From contig CAZGQR010000001.1 of NCBI GenBank assembly GCA_964527765.1, positions 246,353 through 310,352 on the forward strand: a stretch of 64,000 bases of DNA, given 5' to 3'. The DNA is from an uncultured Planctomycetia bacterium (GTDB taxonomy: Bacteria > Omnitrophota > Gorgyraeia > Tantalellales > Tantalellaceae). Of the stretch, positions 18,471 through 28,877 are shown piece by piece (position 1 is the stretch's first letter; the number at the start of each line of letters is the position of its first letter). A model generated the notes under the pieces. It was not told the origin of the DNA. It ran no database searches and was given only the letters and a program-made list of their open reading frames with translations. Position numbers and translations under genes: made by a program.

Positions 18471-19268
18471 TTATACGGGTAGTCTTTCGCGTCTGTCGCC
18501 CAATCTCGGTATGCAGCTTATAAGCCGCCGCGTGTACCGCTCGCGCGGGCGCCCTAAAACTTCTTCCTTGGTCCCTTTTTCCACCACAGTCCCCTGCTTC
18601 ATAACACATACCTCGTCGGCGATCATATTGACCACCGAGAAATCGTGCGTGATGAAAAGGATGGCGAACCTGTTCTCTTCCTGGATCTGTTTTATGAGAT
18701 CCAGTATCTGTTTTTGTATGGACACATCCAGGGCCGTGGTCGGTTCATCCAGTATCAATACGTCCGGATCACAGGCGAGCGCCATGGCCAGTATCACCCT
18801 CTGCCGCATGCCCCCGGAGAGCTCATGCGGGTATCGCCCGGACGTCTCGGGTGAAAGTTTCACCATATCCAGAAGCTCTTTTACGCGCCCGGCTACCCGG
18901 ATGCGGGAATAGCCCTTGTGAGCGACAATAGCTTCGGATATCTGGTCCCCGGCGCGCATGACCGGGTTCAAGGCCGTGAACGGTTCCTGAAAAACCATCG
19001 CGATACCGTCACCCCTTATTTTTCTCATCTCCCCCGTCTCAAGGTCAAAAACATTTCTGCCCTTGAATTTTATCTCACCTTTCTCGCGCACGGACACCAT
19101 GGGAAGCAGATCAAGCACGGCGAGCGCCGTCAGTGTTTTTCCGCTTCCGGACTCACCGACCAGCGCCAGAATGCGCCCCGGATGAAGATCGAAATCCACC
19201 TTATCGATGACACGCCTGCCGTCGATGCTTACCGTAAGATCCTTCACTTCAAGCACTTTATCGTTCAT
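18471..19268 (-). CDS. peptide/nickel ABC transporter ATP-binding protein (OppD/DppD-like)
   Basis: It has Walker A GESGSGKT, the signature LSGGMRQR and Walker B ILILDEP. Confidence 0.8.
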   Translation of the reverse strand: MNDKVLEVKDLTVSIDGRRVIDKVDFDLHPGRILALVGESGSGKTLTALAVLDLLPMVSVREKGEIKFKGRNVFDLETGEMRKIRGDGIAMVFQEPFTALNPVMRAGDQISEAIVAHKGYSRIRVAGRVKELLDMVKLSPETSGRYPHELSGGMRQRVILAMALACDPDVLILDEPTTALDVSIQKQILDLIKQIQEENRFAILFITHDFSVVNMIADEVCVMKQGTVVEKGTKEEVLGRPRERYTRRLISCIPRLGDRRERLPV

Positions 19269-19271
19269 ACG

Positions 19272-20087
19272 CTACCTTCGCTCTCTTAACTTCGGGTCCA
19301 GTATCTCCCTCAGCCCCTCTCCTATAAGATTAAAGCTGAGCACGGTTATGAGTATCGCCAGGCCCGGAAAAAGCGTAAGCCACCAGGCATAATCGATATA
19401 GTTCTTTCCGGCTGTCAATATGTTGCCCCAGCTTGGAGCCGGTATCTGGACTCCCAGACCGAGAAAAGAGAGAGCGCTTTCCACGAGTATCGCGGCTCCC
19501 ACGCTCAGAGTAGCGCTCACATATACGGGAGCCATGGCATTCGGCAGGACATGGCGGAATATTATGCGCATATCCGGAACGCCCTGGACCCCGGCCGAAT
19601 GCACGAAGTCCCTTTCCCGAAGCGTCAGAAATTCCGCGCGGACAAGACGGCAAAGTCCTGCCCAGCTCGTCAGGCCGATAACGACCATCACGTTCACTAT
19701 GTTCGGCCCGAGAAAAGCTATTACCATCATTATTAGAAAAAACGTCGGAAAACAGTACATGACCTCGACAAGGCGCATGATAACACCGTCCACCCATCCG
19801 CCGTAATATCCGCTTAATCCGCCTAAAAAAATGCCTATGGCCAGAGAGATAAAAACCGCTATAAAGCCGACGCTCAGGGATATCCGCGCGCCGTATACCA
19901 TCCGGCTGAACACGTCGCGTCCGAGATTGTCCGTGCCGAAAAGGTGCTCCGGGGAAGGCGCCTGCAGCCTCGCCCCGGGAGAAAGATCCATCGCCAGCGG
20001 ATCGCATGTCGCCACCAGCGGAGCAAAGATCGCCGCGAGCGCCATCATGCTGACTATCGTCACGCCGAATATTATTCTTTTATTCAT
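19272..20087 (-). CDS. ABC transporter permease (OppC/DppC-like)
   Basis: It is a multi-TM protein with the binding-protein-dependent permease EAA-like region. Confidence 0.8.
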   Translation of the reverse strand: MNKRIIFGVTIVSMMALAAIFAPLVATCDPLAMDLSPGARLQAPSPEHLFGTDNLGRDVFSRMVYGARISLSVGFIAVFISLAIGIFLGGLSGYYGGWVDGVIMRLVEVMYCFPTFFLIMMVIAFLGPNIVNVMVVIGLTSWAGLCRLVRAEFLTLRERDFVHSAGVQGVPDMRIIFRHVLPNAMAPVYVSATLSVGAAILVESALSFLGLGVQIPAPSWGNILTAGKNYIDYAWWLTLFPGLAILITVLSFNLIGEGLREILDPKLRERR

Positions 20088-20093
20088 TCCTTT

Positions 20094-21074
20094 TTACTCG
20101 CGTTTTTCGAACCTTATCCTTGGGTCGACAAATGCGTACAGCACATCCGATAAAAATATGCCCAGAAGCGTCAAAAAGGTGGCGATAACGCCCACTCCCA
20201 TCACTACCGGGTAATCATAATTCATGATGGCTTCATACCCGAGCCGCCCCATGCCGGGCCAGGCAAATATAGTCTCGAAGATAAAACTGCCGGAGACCAG
20301 TCCCGGCAAAGTGAGCCCCATGATCGTAACGATAGGCAAAAGAGCGTTCCTTAAGACATGCGCCATGATCACCCGTTTTTCGGGAAGTCCTTTTGCCCGG
20401 GCGGTAAGGACGTAATTCTCTCCCATGGCTTCGATCATGCTCGACCTGGAATAACGCGACAGCGCCGCCAAAGCCCCGAACGCCGTCGCCGCCACCGGAA
20501 GGACCAGGTGCCATATGAGGTCCTTGAACCTGGCAAATCCGTCCAGATAAGCGGTATACCAAGGGCTCATGCCGGAGATCGGGAACCACTGTAATTTAAA
20601 ACCGAACAGAAGTATCAATAAAAGCGCCAGCCAGAACGTAGGCATCGCGTAACCGATGAAAACCAGGATCGTCATCACCCGGTCGAACAGGGAATTTCTC
20701 CTGACGGCACTTACTATTCCTATGGGAATGGCGACGCAGAAAATGACCAGAAGAGAGACGCCCTGCAGGAGAATGGTGGCCGGTAAACGCGCCAGTATCT
20801 TTGAGGTGACCGGACGGTCATCCGTCAGCGACCTGCCGAAATCCAGCGAGAGGAACCTCCTCATCCACAGGGCATACTGGGTCAGAACAGGCCTGTCCAG
20901 ATCGTACATCCTGCTGAAATTGGCCCTGGCGCTTCCGGAGACTTCGGGATTCAGCCCGTATCTTATGCTCGCCGGGTCCCCGGGAGCAAAATGCATGACC
21001 ACGAACATGATGAACGAGATCCCTATGAGCATGGGGATGATCAGCAACAATCGTTTAATAACGTATCTGCGCAT
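20094..21074 (-). CDS. ABC transporter permease (OppB/DppB-like)
   Basis: Its N-terminus reads MRRYVIKRLLL, which is typical of OppB/DppB, and it is multi-TM. Confidence 0.8.
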   Translation of the reverse strand: MRRYVIKRLLLIIPMLIGISFIMFVVMHFAPGDPASIRYGLNPEVSGSARANFSRMYDLDRPVLTQYALWMRRFLSLDFGRSLTDDRPVTSKILARLPATILLQGVSLLVIFCVAIPIGIVSAVRRNSLFDRVMTILVFIGYAMPTFWLALLLILLFGFKLQWFPISGMSPWYTAYLDGFARFKDLIWHLVLPVAATAFGALAALSRYSRSSMIEAMGENYVLTARAKGLPEKRVIMAHVLRNALLPIVTIMGLTLPGLVSGSFIFETIFAWPGMGRLGYEAIMNYDYPVVMGVGVIATFLTLLGIFLSDVLYAFVDPRIRFEKRE

Positions 21075-21088
21075 GGTAAATTAAAGGC

Positions 21089-21135
21089 GGGACAGGTTTA
21101 CTGCAGCAGCATAATCCCGGGACTAAACCTGTCCC
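21089..21135. repeat. 47-bp palindromic element: GGGACAGGTTTA, a 23-nt spacer, then TAAACCTGTCCC. It lies between the SBP and permease genes.
   Basis: It is a perfect 12-bp inverted repeat. A near-identical copy sits at 24043..24089, and both share the flank AAAGGC GGGACAGG. Confidence 0.5.
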
Positions 21136-21150
21136 ATTTATTTCCTATTA

Positions 21151-22824
21151 TCAAAACTTGTATTTAACCTCCCGCTCCGGCACGCGCCAGTCGATGAAAT
21201 TATAACCGATCCCGGCAGGCGCCGGCTTGATCCCCTCAAAGCGTTTCTGCACCGCGGGAGTGGCGTAAGGAAAGAACAAAAAAGTATAAGGAGCGTCCTC
21301 CGATATGTACCGGTGTATCTTGCGGTATATCTCCTCCCTCCGGGCAGGATCGAATTCCCTTCGGCCGAGTTCAATAAGTTCATCCACGCGCCTGTCTGAA
21401 TAGGAAATAAAATTAAGTCCTCTTTCTCTCATGGAATCCGTATGCCAGACAGAGTAGATATCGGGGTCGACGGGAATGGTCCATCCAAGTATAACGGCCT
21501 GGAACTGTTTCCTGTTCACGAACTGATCCAGAAACGCCGACCAGGCCACCACCTGTATCTCCGCTTTTATGCCCAGGCGGGCCCACTGGCCCTGCACTAT
21601 CGTTGCGACGTCTTCCCTGACCTGGTTGCCCTGGTTGGTCGCTATTCTGAGGCGGAACTCTTCCCCGCCCCTTTCCAGTATCCCGTCAGCATCGGTATCC
21701 GACCACCCGGCTTCCCGCAAAAGTTCCGCGGCTTTAACCGGATCATGACCATACCCGGGAACCGTTTCATCGTAATACGGCGTTCCCCGTAAAAAAGGTC
21801 CCGTGCACTCTTCCCCCAGACCCAACAGCACGGCATCTATGATCTCCTTTTTGTTTATCGCGTAACTCAACGCCCGGCGGACCCTTCTGTCCCCGAACAA
21901 CGGATCTTTCAAATTATATCCGATATAAACATATGAATGCGACAGGTATTTATATTTCCTGATCCTGTCGGTGAACTGCCGGGTATTGCTGCGGTAAAAA
22001 AATTGATAGGGATTCAGGTCCATTGAATCGGCCTGTTCCGCCACAAGCTCGAGGAACTGCACGGCCTGATCCGGAACGATCCTGTAAACATATCTTTTGA
22101 TGCCGGGGGCGTGTTCAAAATAGTCGGGATTGGCTTCCAGTATGATATACCGTCCGCTTTCCCACTCCGAAAACATGTACGGCCCCGTGCCGACGGGCGC
22201 TCTTGCCTGCGGGATCCTCCTGATATCCTTTATATCCCTGAAAAGATGTTCGGGGACGATACCCATGCCGAACTTCAGCAATGCGGGAGCATAAGGACGG
22301 CTGTAATAAAACCTTATAGTGTGGGGGTCTATGACCTCGATCTTCGCGATATCCGCGTAGCTTGAGATATACGGACAACCTGTCCCGGGATCGAGCATGG
22401 TCTCAAAAGTAAAACGGACATCCCCGGCGGTAAAAGGCCTGCCGTCATGCCACCGCACACCTTTCCGCAAATAAAACGTTATCGAAAGGCCTCCGTCGGC
22501 TACTTCCCATCGCTCGGCCAGGTCTCCTACCACGTTAAGGTCTTTATCGATCTTGGTCAGACCGTTGTAGACAAGGGAGCATATAGAGCTCGATGTGGAA
22601 TCGTCGGCCAGAAAGGGTATCAATATCCTGGCGTCACCGATACCGGAAGAAACATAAGCGTCGCGGCTTACCCATTCCCCGTGCTGGGAATATGACATGG
22701 CGGCCGGGACAAGCAAAAAAAAGATCACTGCCCCCGACAAGAACAGTGATCTCTTAAAAGTACCTGTGCGATGCTTGATCTTCAACACAGATCCCGTGGA
22801 GTTAATATGATACCTGAATATCAT
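21151..22824 (-). CDS. ABC transporter substrate-binding protein, family 5 (peptide/nickel)
   Basis: The 557-aa protein has an N-terminal signal/anchor and shows SBP_bac_5-like length and composition. It heads the Opp-like operon. Confidence 0.75.
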   Translation of the reverse strand: MIFRYHINSTGSVLKIKHRTGTFKRSLFLSGAVIFFLLVPAAMSYSQHGEWVSRDAYVSSGIGDARILIPFLADDSTSSSICSLVYNGLTKIDKDLNVVGDLAERWEVADGGLSITFYLRKGVRWHDGRPFTAGDVRFTFETMLDPGTGCPYISSYADIAKIEVIDPHTIRFYYSRPYAPALLKFGMGIVPEHLFRDIKDIRRIPQARAPVGTGPYMFSEWESGRYIILEANPDYFEHAPGIKRYVYRIVPDQAVQFLELVAEQADSMDLNPYQFFYRSNTRQFTDRIRKYKYLSHSYVYIGYNLKDPLFGDRRVRRALSYAINKKEIIDAVLLGLGEECTGPFLRGTPYYDETVPGYGHDPVKAAELLREAGWSDTDADGILERGGEEFRLRIATNQGNQVREDVATIVQGQWARLGIKAEIQVVAWSAFLDQFVNRKQFQAVILGWTIPVDPDIYSVWHTDSMRERGLNFISYSDRRVDELIELGRREFDPARREEIYRKIHRYISEDAPYTFLFFPYATPAVQKRFEGIKPAPAGIGYNFIDWRVPEREVKYKF

Positions 22825-23219
22825 TGACCTTCTGACGCCGGGCCGCTTTCTTCAGTCTGAGAGACAGCTTTCCCGGCCGGCACTGTCTCTTTCGACGGCA
22901 GCTCTGCCGGTTGCGCCGAAGGAGAAGTCCTCTGTTGAGAAGCCACAGGCGCCGCCGGTAAGGGTGCCGCTTCAAAAAGCGACCTGCCCCTTCTGGCAGT
23001 CACCATTCCCAGAATAAGGGACGTGACCAAAAAAAGTATGGCACTCATCGTGGTGGCCTTCTTAAGAAGGACCGGCGCCTGGGTCCCAAGCACCGATTGC
23101 GCCATCTCTCCGCCGCCGAACATCTCGGTCAACCCCCCGCCTCTGCCGGCCTGAAGCAATATCATGGCTATCAAAAAGATGCATACGATTATATGGATGG
23201 TTATTAATAGTAAATACAT
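22821..23219 (-). CDS. secG: preprotein translocase subunit SecG, with an extended Pro/Ala-rich C-terminus
   Basis: Two N-terminal TM helices flank the LLQxGKGGG-type loop. The tail of roughly 50 aa is low-complexity. Confidence 0.75.
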   Translation of the reverse strand: MYLLLITIHIIVCIFLIAMILLQAGRGGGLTEMFGGGEMAQSVLGTQAPVLLKKATTMSAILFLVTSLILGMVTARRGRSLFEAAPLPAAPVASQQRTSPSAQPAELPSKETVPAGKAVSQTEESGPASEGQ

Positions 23220-23220
23220 T

Positions 23221-24009
23221 TTAGGCGATCTTCTTCTCCTTTTCCGCGTAAAGCTGTGACGTCGTCTTGATTATATCAATGAAACTCCCTGCTTGCAAGC
23301 TTGCGCCGCCGATCAGGCCGCCGTCAATATCCTCTTCGGTCATGAGGTCCCTTATATTATCGGGCTTGACGCTGCCCCCGTACAGTATGCGCTTCGATCC
23401 GGACAGGGATTCCGAATATAACTCACCCAGGAGTCCTCTGATCATGGCTTGTACTTCCTGCGCCTGGTCCGGGGTCGCGGTCTTCCCCGTTCCTATTGCC
23501 CAGACCGGTTCATAAGCGACCACCAGCGGGTCCAGATATGTCTCTTCAAAACCCTTGAGCCCGTCGGTCACCTGTGTCCTGACAACCTCCAGGGTCCTGC
23601 CCGCTTCTCTTTCTTCAAGGGTCTCTCCCACGCACATTATGGGAATAAGGCCGCCGTCCATGGCTGCTGCGATCTTCCGGTTTACTGTCCCATCCGTTTC
23701 TCCGAAATATTTTCTTCGCTCCGAATGGCCTATGATCACATATCTGCATCCGACACTTTTGATCATGGGGACAGAGATCTCTCCCGTAAAAGCACCTTCA
23801 CTCTCCCAGTAACAGTTCTGGGCGCCCAGGGCGATATTGCTCTCGACCAGCATTTCTCCGACATCGCCAAGATCGGTAAAAGGAGGGCAAAGGACGATCT
23901 CGACGTTCTCTATGTCGAACGTGGACCGTTTTATGTCATTGGCCAGTTTAATGGCTTCATTGACATCCTTATACATCTTCCAGTTTCCGGCAATTATCGG
24001 CTTTCTCAT
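23221..24009 (-). CDS. tpiA: triose-phosphate isomerase
   Basis: TIM-family enzyme with the active-site motifs AYEPVWAIGTG and IIGHSERR. Confidence 0.9.
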   Translation of the reverse strand: MRKPIIAGNWKMYKDVNEAIKLANDIKRSTFDIENVEIVLCPPFTDLGDVGEMLVESNIALGAQNCYWESEGAFTGEISVPMIKSVGCRYVIIGHSERRKYFGETDGTVNRKIAAAMDGGLIPIMCVGETLEEREAGRTLEVVRTQVTDGLKGFEETYLDPLVVAYEPVWAIGTGKTATPDQAQEVQAMIRGLLGELYSESLSGSKRILYGGSVKPDNIRDLMTEEDIDGGLIGGASLQAGSFIDIIKTTSQLYAEKEKKIA

Positions 24010-24042
24010 TTCTCTCCTTTTACGGAAGCAAATAAAAATATA

Positions 24043-24089
24043 GGGACTGGTTCAAGCCAAAATCTATACTACGCCGGTGAACCTGTCCC
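24043..24089. repeat. 47-bp palindromic element: GGGACTGGTTCA, a 23-nt spacer, then TGAACCTGTCCC. It lies between pgk and tpiA and is followed on the minus strand by a T-rich run.
   Basis: It is an 11/12 inverted repeat and the second copy of the element at 21089..21135, in the opposite orientation. Confidence 0.5.
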
Positions 24090-24117
24090 GCCTTTCAGTT
24101 AAGTTGTACCGCCCGGT

Positions 24118-25296
24118 TTATCTATCATTCAATGCCGCAATACCGGGAAGTTCCTTTCCCTCAAGATACTCCAGCGAGGCTCCGCCTCCGGTGGACATAT
24201 GCGACATCTTGCTCCCCAGTTTCAACTGATTGATCGCCGCGACCGTATCCCCGCCGCCTATTACCGTGGTTGCATCGAGCTTGGCCATGCACTTCGCCAG
24301 TTCCCGCGTGCCCGTGGAGAACGGTTTCATCTCAAACAATCCCATGGGCCCGTTCCAGACGATCGTCTTTGACTCTTTCAGGATCGACTTGTAGCTCTTT
24401 ATTGTTTCGGGGCCGATATCCAGACCGATCCAGCCGTCGGGAATATGCTCCTTCACTATCTTCCGCTTGGCGTTCTCCTTGATCTCCCGCGCAACAACAT
24501 GGTCCCTGGGCAGGAAAATGCTGACATTTTTCGCGCTGGCTTTTTCGAATATCTCGCCCGCGGTCCCGATCATATCCTCCTCTACCCGGGACGCGCCTAC
24601 ACCCTTAAGTCTGGACTTGAGAAAAGTATATGCCATGGCTCCGCCGATCAGGAGAAAATTGATCTTATCCAGCATGTTCTCGATAAGCGGTATCTTATCT
24701 GCCACCTTTGCTCCGCCGAGCACCAGACAGAACGGTTTGTCGGGGTCTTTTGTTACCTTTTCGAAATATTCTATCTCCTTCTGCACGAGAAAACCTGCCA
24801 CACTGGGCAGATACTCGGTAACTCCCACGGTCGAGGCATGCGCCCGGTGACAGGTGCCGAACGCGTCCTCCACGAATATTTCCCCCAGGGATGCAAGCTG
24901 TTTCGCGAAACCCGGATCGTTCTTGGTCTCTTCCTTATGAAACCTCAGGTTCTCCAGGAGTATGACATCTTCTTCCTTCATTTCGCTTACGGCTTCTTCC
25001 ACATCGTCCCCGATACAATCATCCATCTTTCTGACGTTCTTCTTGAGCAGGACGGAAAGTCTTTCCGCTACCGGATCCATGCAAAGTTCGGGCTTGACCT
25101 CGCCTTTCGGGCGCCCGAGATGGCTCATAAGAACAAGCTTTCCTTTATTGTCCATGATATATCTTATTGACGGTAACGCCGCCACTATCCTGCTGTCATC
25201 GGTGATGTTGCGCCTCTCATCCAGAGGAACGTTGAAATCGGCCCGCATCAGCACTCTTTTGCCTTTTAACTGGACATCCTTAAGGGTCTTTTTCAT
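24118..25296 (-). CDS. pgk: phosphoglycerate kinase
   Basis: The 392-aa protein is PGK-family (RADFNVP N-terminal motif). Confidence 0.9.
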   Translation of the reverse strand: MKKTLKDVQLKGKRVLMRADFNVPLDERRNITDDSRIVAALPSIRYIMDNKGKLVLMSHLGRPKGEVKPELCMDPVAERLSVLLKKNVRKMDDCIGDDVEEAVSEMKEEDVILLENLRFHKEETKNDPGFAKQLASLGEIFVEDAFGTCHRAHASTVGVTEYLPSVAGFLVQKEIEYFEKVTKDPDKPFCLVLGGAKVADKIPLIENMLDKINFLLIGGAMAYTFLKSRLKGVGASRVEEDMIGTAGEIFEKASAKNVSIFLPRDHVVAREIKENAKRKIVKEHIPDGWIGLDIGPETIKSYKSILKESKTIVWNGPMGLFEMKPFSTGTRELAKCMAKLDATTVIGGGDTVAAINQLKLGSKMSHMSTGGGASLEYLEGKELPGIAALNDR

Positions 25297-25316
25297 CTGA
25301 TACCTCCGCTAACCTT

Positions 25317-26386
<1,070 letters not shown>

Positions 26387-26411
26387 ATCAGGCAAATCGT
26401 TCAATCTTTTT

Positions 26412-27755
26412 TTAATTAGTCAACCATCTCAATCCGCGTTTAAGGATAAACATAAGATGTTCGAAACTGTTGACTTCCCTTAAAAGTTTGATCATTATTT
26501 TCAGCCTGAAATAAAACCTGATAAAGCCCATGAACCGTATCCGCTCCAGTTGTTTTTTTGTTACATTTTTCGGCACGTAACTGACGGTGTGCAGAGAATG
26601 CCTGCTCGCGTCGAAATCAAACACATATTCACCGGTATCGCACAATTTTTGATATTCTTCAGAGCCGGGATACGGCTGGAAATAAGAAATACCTATACGG
26701 TCCAGCTCCAGTTTTGGAGCAAAATCTATAGTGTTGTTCATCTGCTCCAGGGTCTCGCCGGGAAAACCGATTATGAAAAAGCCTCCGATATCCAAGCCCG
26801 CCTTCTTGGCAAGCGCTATGCTGGCCTTGATCTTATCTTTCGTGATCCCCTTTTTGATCTTTTTCAATATTTCGGCGTCCCCGCTCTCGATGCCGACGTT
26901 CACTGCATAACATCCCGCTTTTCGCATCAATCTAAGGGTTCCCAGGTCCAGGTTGTCCAGGCGCAGACCGTTCGGAAAAGCCCATGTTATCCCGAGTCCC
27001 TCCTTTAAAAGACATTCCGAGAAATCGATCACCCTTTCTTTTTTCATTGAAAAGTTATCGTCCTCGATATGGATCTCCTTGACCCCAAAATCCTTCTTTA
27101 GATATCTGATCTCTTCTATCACATTCTCGATGCTTCTATATCGCACTTTCTTGCCGGACAAGGAACCCGCGGAGCAAAACGTGCATGGATACGGACATCC
27201 CCTTGAAGTGATCATGGGCGCATAGGGGTATTGCCTGTAAAATGCTCCGTGAGGGGCCTTCGGGTAACCGGCCGGGGGCATCAACTTCCATTTCGGAAAA
27301 GGTATTTTATCCAGATCATCTATGCGCGTTCCGGCATTGACCTTTATTTCCCCTCCTTTCCTCCACACGAGACCGGGGATTTCGTTAAACTTGTCTTCCG
27401 CACCGCCGGCCTCTAACGTTTCTACAAACTCAGAAAACGCTAACTCGGATTCGCCCGTGAAACCATAATCAATATACTCTCGAAGATATTCAAACGTCCG
27501 GCGCGGCATTAACGACATCTGCACCCCGCCCAGTACGATCTTTGCGTTCGGCACTATCGTGGCCGCCCTGGACATCAATTTTTTCACCTGAAATATGTCC
27601 CTGGAATACGCGCTGAATCCCAAAATATCCGGCTGTTCGCCCGCTATGGACCTTATTAATGTCTCCTCCGGGACTTTATGCCGTAATTGATCAAGGATCA
27701 TCACTTTATGCCTTGGCGACAAGCTTGAAGCAAGATAACCATAATGCAAAGGCAT
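26412..27755 (-). CDS. B12-binding-domain radical SAM protein (class B rSAM), unknown substrate
   Basis: An N-terminal cobalamin-binding-like domain precedes the CxxxCxxC motif (SRGCPYPCTFCS). I chose the start at MPLHYGY so that it clears the fmt stop. Confidence 0.7.
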   Translation of the reverse strand: MPLHYGYLASSLSPRHKVMILDQLRHKVPEETLIRSIAGEQPDILGFSAYSRDIFQVKKLMSRAATIVPNAKIVLGGVQMSLMPRRTFEYLREYIDYGFTGESELAFSEFVETLEAGGAEDKFNEIPGLVWRKGGEIKVNAGTRIDDLDKIPFPKWKLMPPAGYPKAPHGAFYRQYPYAPMITSRGCPYPCTFCSAGSLSGKKVRYRSIENVIEEIRYLKKDFGVKEIHIEDDNFSMKKERVIDFSECLLKEGLGITWAFPNGLRLDNLDLGTLRLMRKAGCYAVNVGIESGDAEILKKIKKGITKDKIKASIALAKKAGLDIGGFFIIGFPGETLEQMNNTIDFAPKLELDRIGISYFQPYPGSEEYQKLCDTGEYVFDFDASRHSLHTVSYVPKNVTKKQLERIRFMGFIRFYFRLKIMIKLLREVNSFEHLMFILKRGLRWLTN

Positions 27756-27816
27756 GATCACTTCATCAGAAATGGAAAAAAGCCTGAGAAATATTATTTT
27801 CACAGCAAAAACCCCG

Positions 27817-28752
27817 TTACGCCCCCAAAACCGTACCTTTTTCAAACCGGTGACCGCGAAGAAATTCATTCGAGGTCATTACTTTCTTGCCTTCAAGCTG
27901 CAGCCTATCCACCCTGAGGGCTCCTTTACCGGTATTTACGATAAACTCTCCCTCCCCGAGAACCGCTCCCGGAACACCGGCTTTTTCCGCAACATCGATT
28001 ACCGCGGCCTCGAGTATCTTCAGCGTCCTGCCGTCAAGGAAGGTAAAGGCTCCCGGCCACGGCTGCATTCCTTTCACCTTTCTGGCTATTTCCTCCGCCG
28101 GTCTGCCCCAATCTATTTCGCCCTCTTTTTTCTCAAGCTTCGGCGCATAAGACGCTTCCTTTTCGTCCTGTTCCTTGAGATCCTCTTTTCCGGCTTCTAT
28201 TACTTCCAGTGCCTTCAATATCAGGTCCGCTCCGCTTCGCGAAAGTCTCTCGAGCAGACCGGCCGCATTTTCGTCCTCGCCTATTCCGGTCCTTTCCTGC
28301 ATGATTATTCTTCCCGCGTCCATGCGCTCCGCCATCTTTATCACGGTATTACCGGTTTCCTTATCCCCGCTGAGTATCGCCCGGTTCACGGGAGAGGCAC
28401 CGCGGTGCCTGGGCAATAGAGACGGATGCAGGTTCACGCACCCTTTGCGAGGCAGCTCAAGGATCTCCCTGCTCAGGAGCCGGCCGTAATCCACCACCAC
28501 GAACACATCCGCGTCTATATTCTTTAATGAATCGACGAATCCCGGGTCGGATACCTTCTCCGGCTGAAAGATGCTGACACCCGGGGACATTTGTTCCACC
28601 AGCGCTTTAACCGGTGTCGGCTGGACATTCCACCCCCGTCCTCTTTTTCTGTCCGGCTGAGTCACCACCGCGACGATCTGATGATCGCTTTCGACCAGCT
28701 TTCTAAGCGTCGGCAGGCCGAATTTTCCCGTCCCGAAAAAAATTACCTTCAT
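27817..28752 (-). CDS. fmt: methionyl-tRNA formyltransferase
   Basis: Formyl-transferase N-domain (MKVIFFGT...) with the HPSLLPRHRG motif. Confidence 0.88.
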   Translation of the reverse strand: MKVIFFGTGKFGLPTLRKLVESDHQIVAVVTQPDRKRGRGWNVQPTPVKALVEQMSPGVSIFQPEKVSDPGFVDSLKNIDADVFVVVDYGRLLSREILELPRKGCVNLHPSLLPRHRGASPVNRAILSGDKETGNTVIKMAERMDAGRIIMQERTGIGEDENAAGLLERLSRSGADLILKALEVIEAGKEDLKEQDEKEASYAPKLEKKEGEIDWGRPAEEIARKVKGMQPWPGAFTFLDGRTLKILEAAVIDVAEKAGVPGAVLGEGEFIVNTGKGALRVDRLQLEGKKVMTSNEFLRGHRFEKGTVLGA

Positions 28753-28836
28753 AGCGTTTCACTCCATAAGTTTAGTCTTGACCCCTCGTTTCACTTCCTT
28801 CGTTTCCCTCGCTTCGCTCGGGATAAATTCGGCCGT

Positions 28837-28869
28837 ATAACTTAACTTCACTATCGCTCGTTAAGTTAT
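28837..28869. promoter_or_regulatory. palindrome ATAACTTAAC-N13-GTTAAGTTAT, 8 nt after the priA stop and upstream of fmt
   Basis: It is a perfect 10-bp inverted repeat. The same motif recurs at 51987..52020 upstream of ugd. Confidence 0.4.
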
Positions 28870-28877
28870 GGCCTCAT

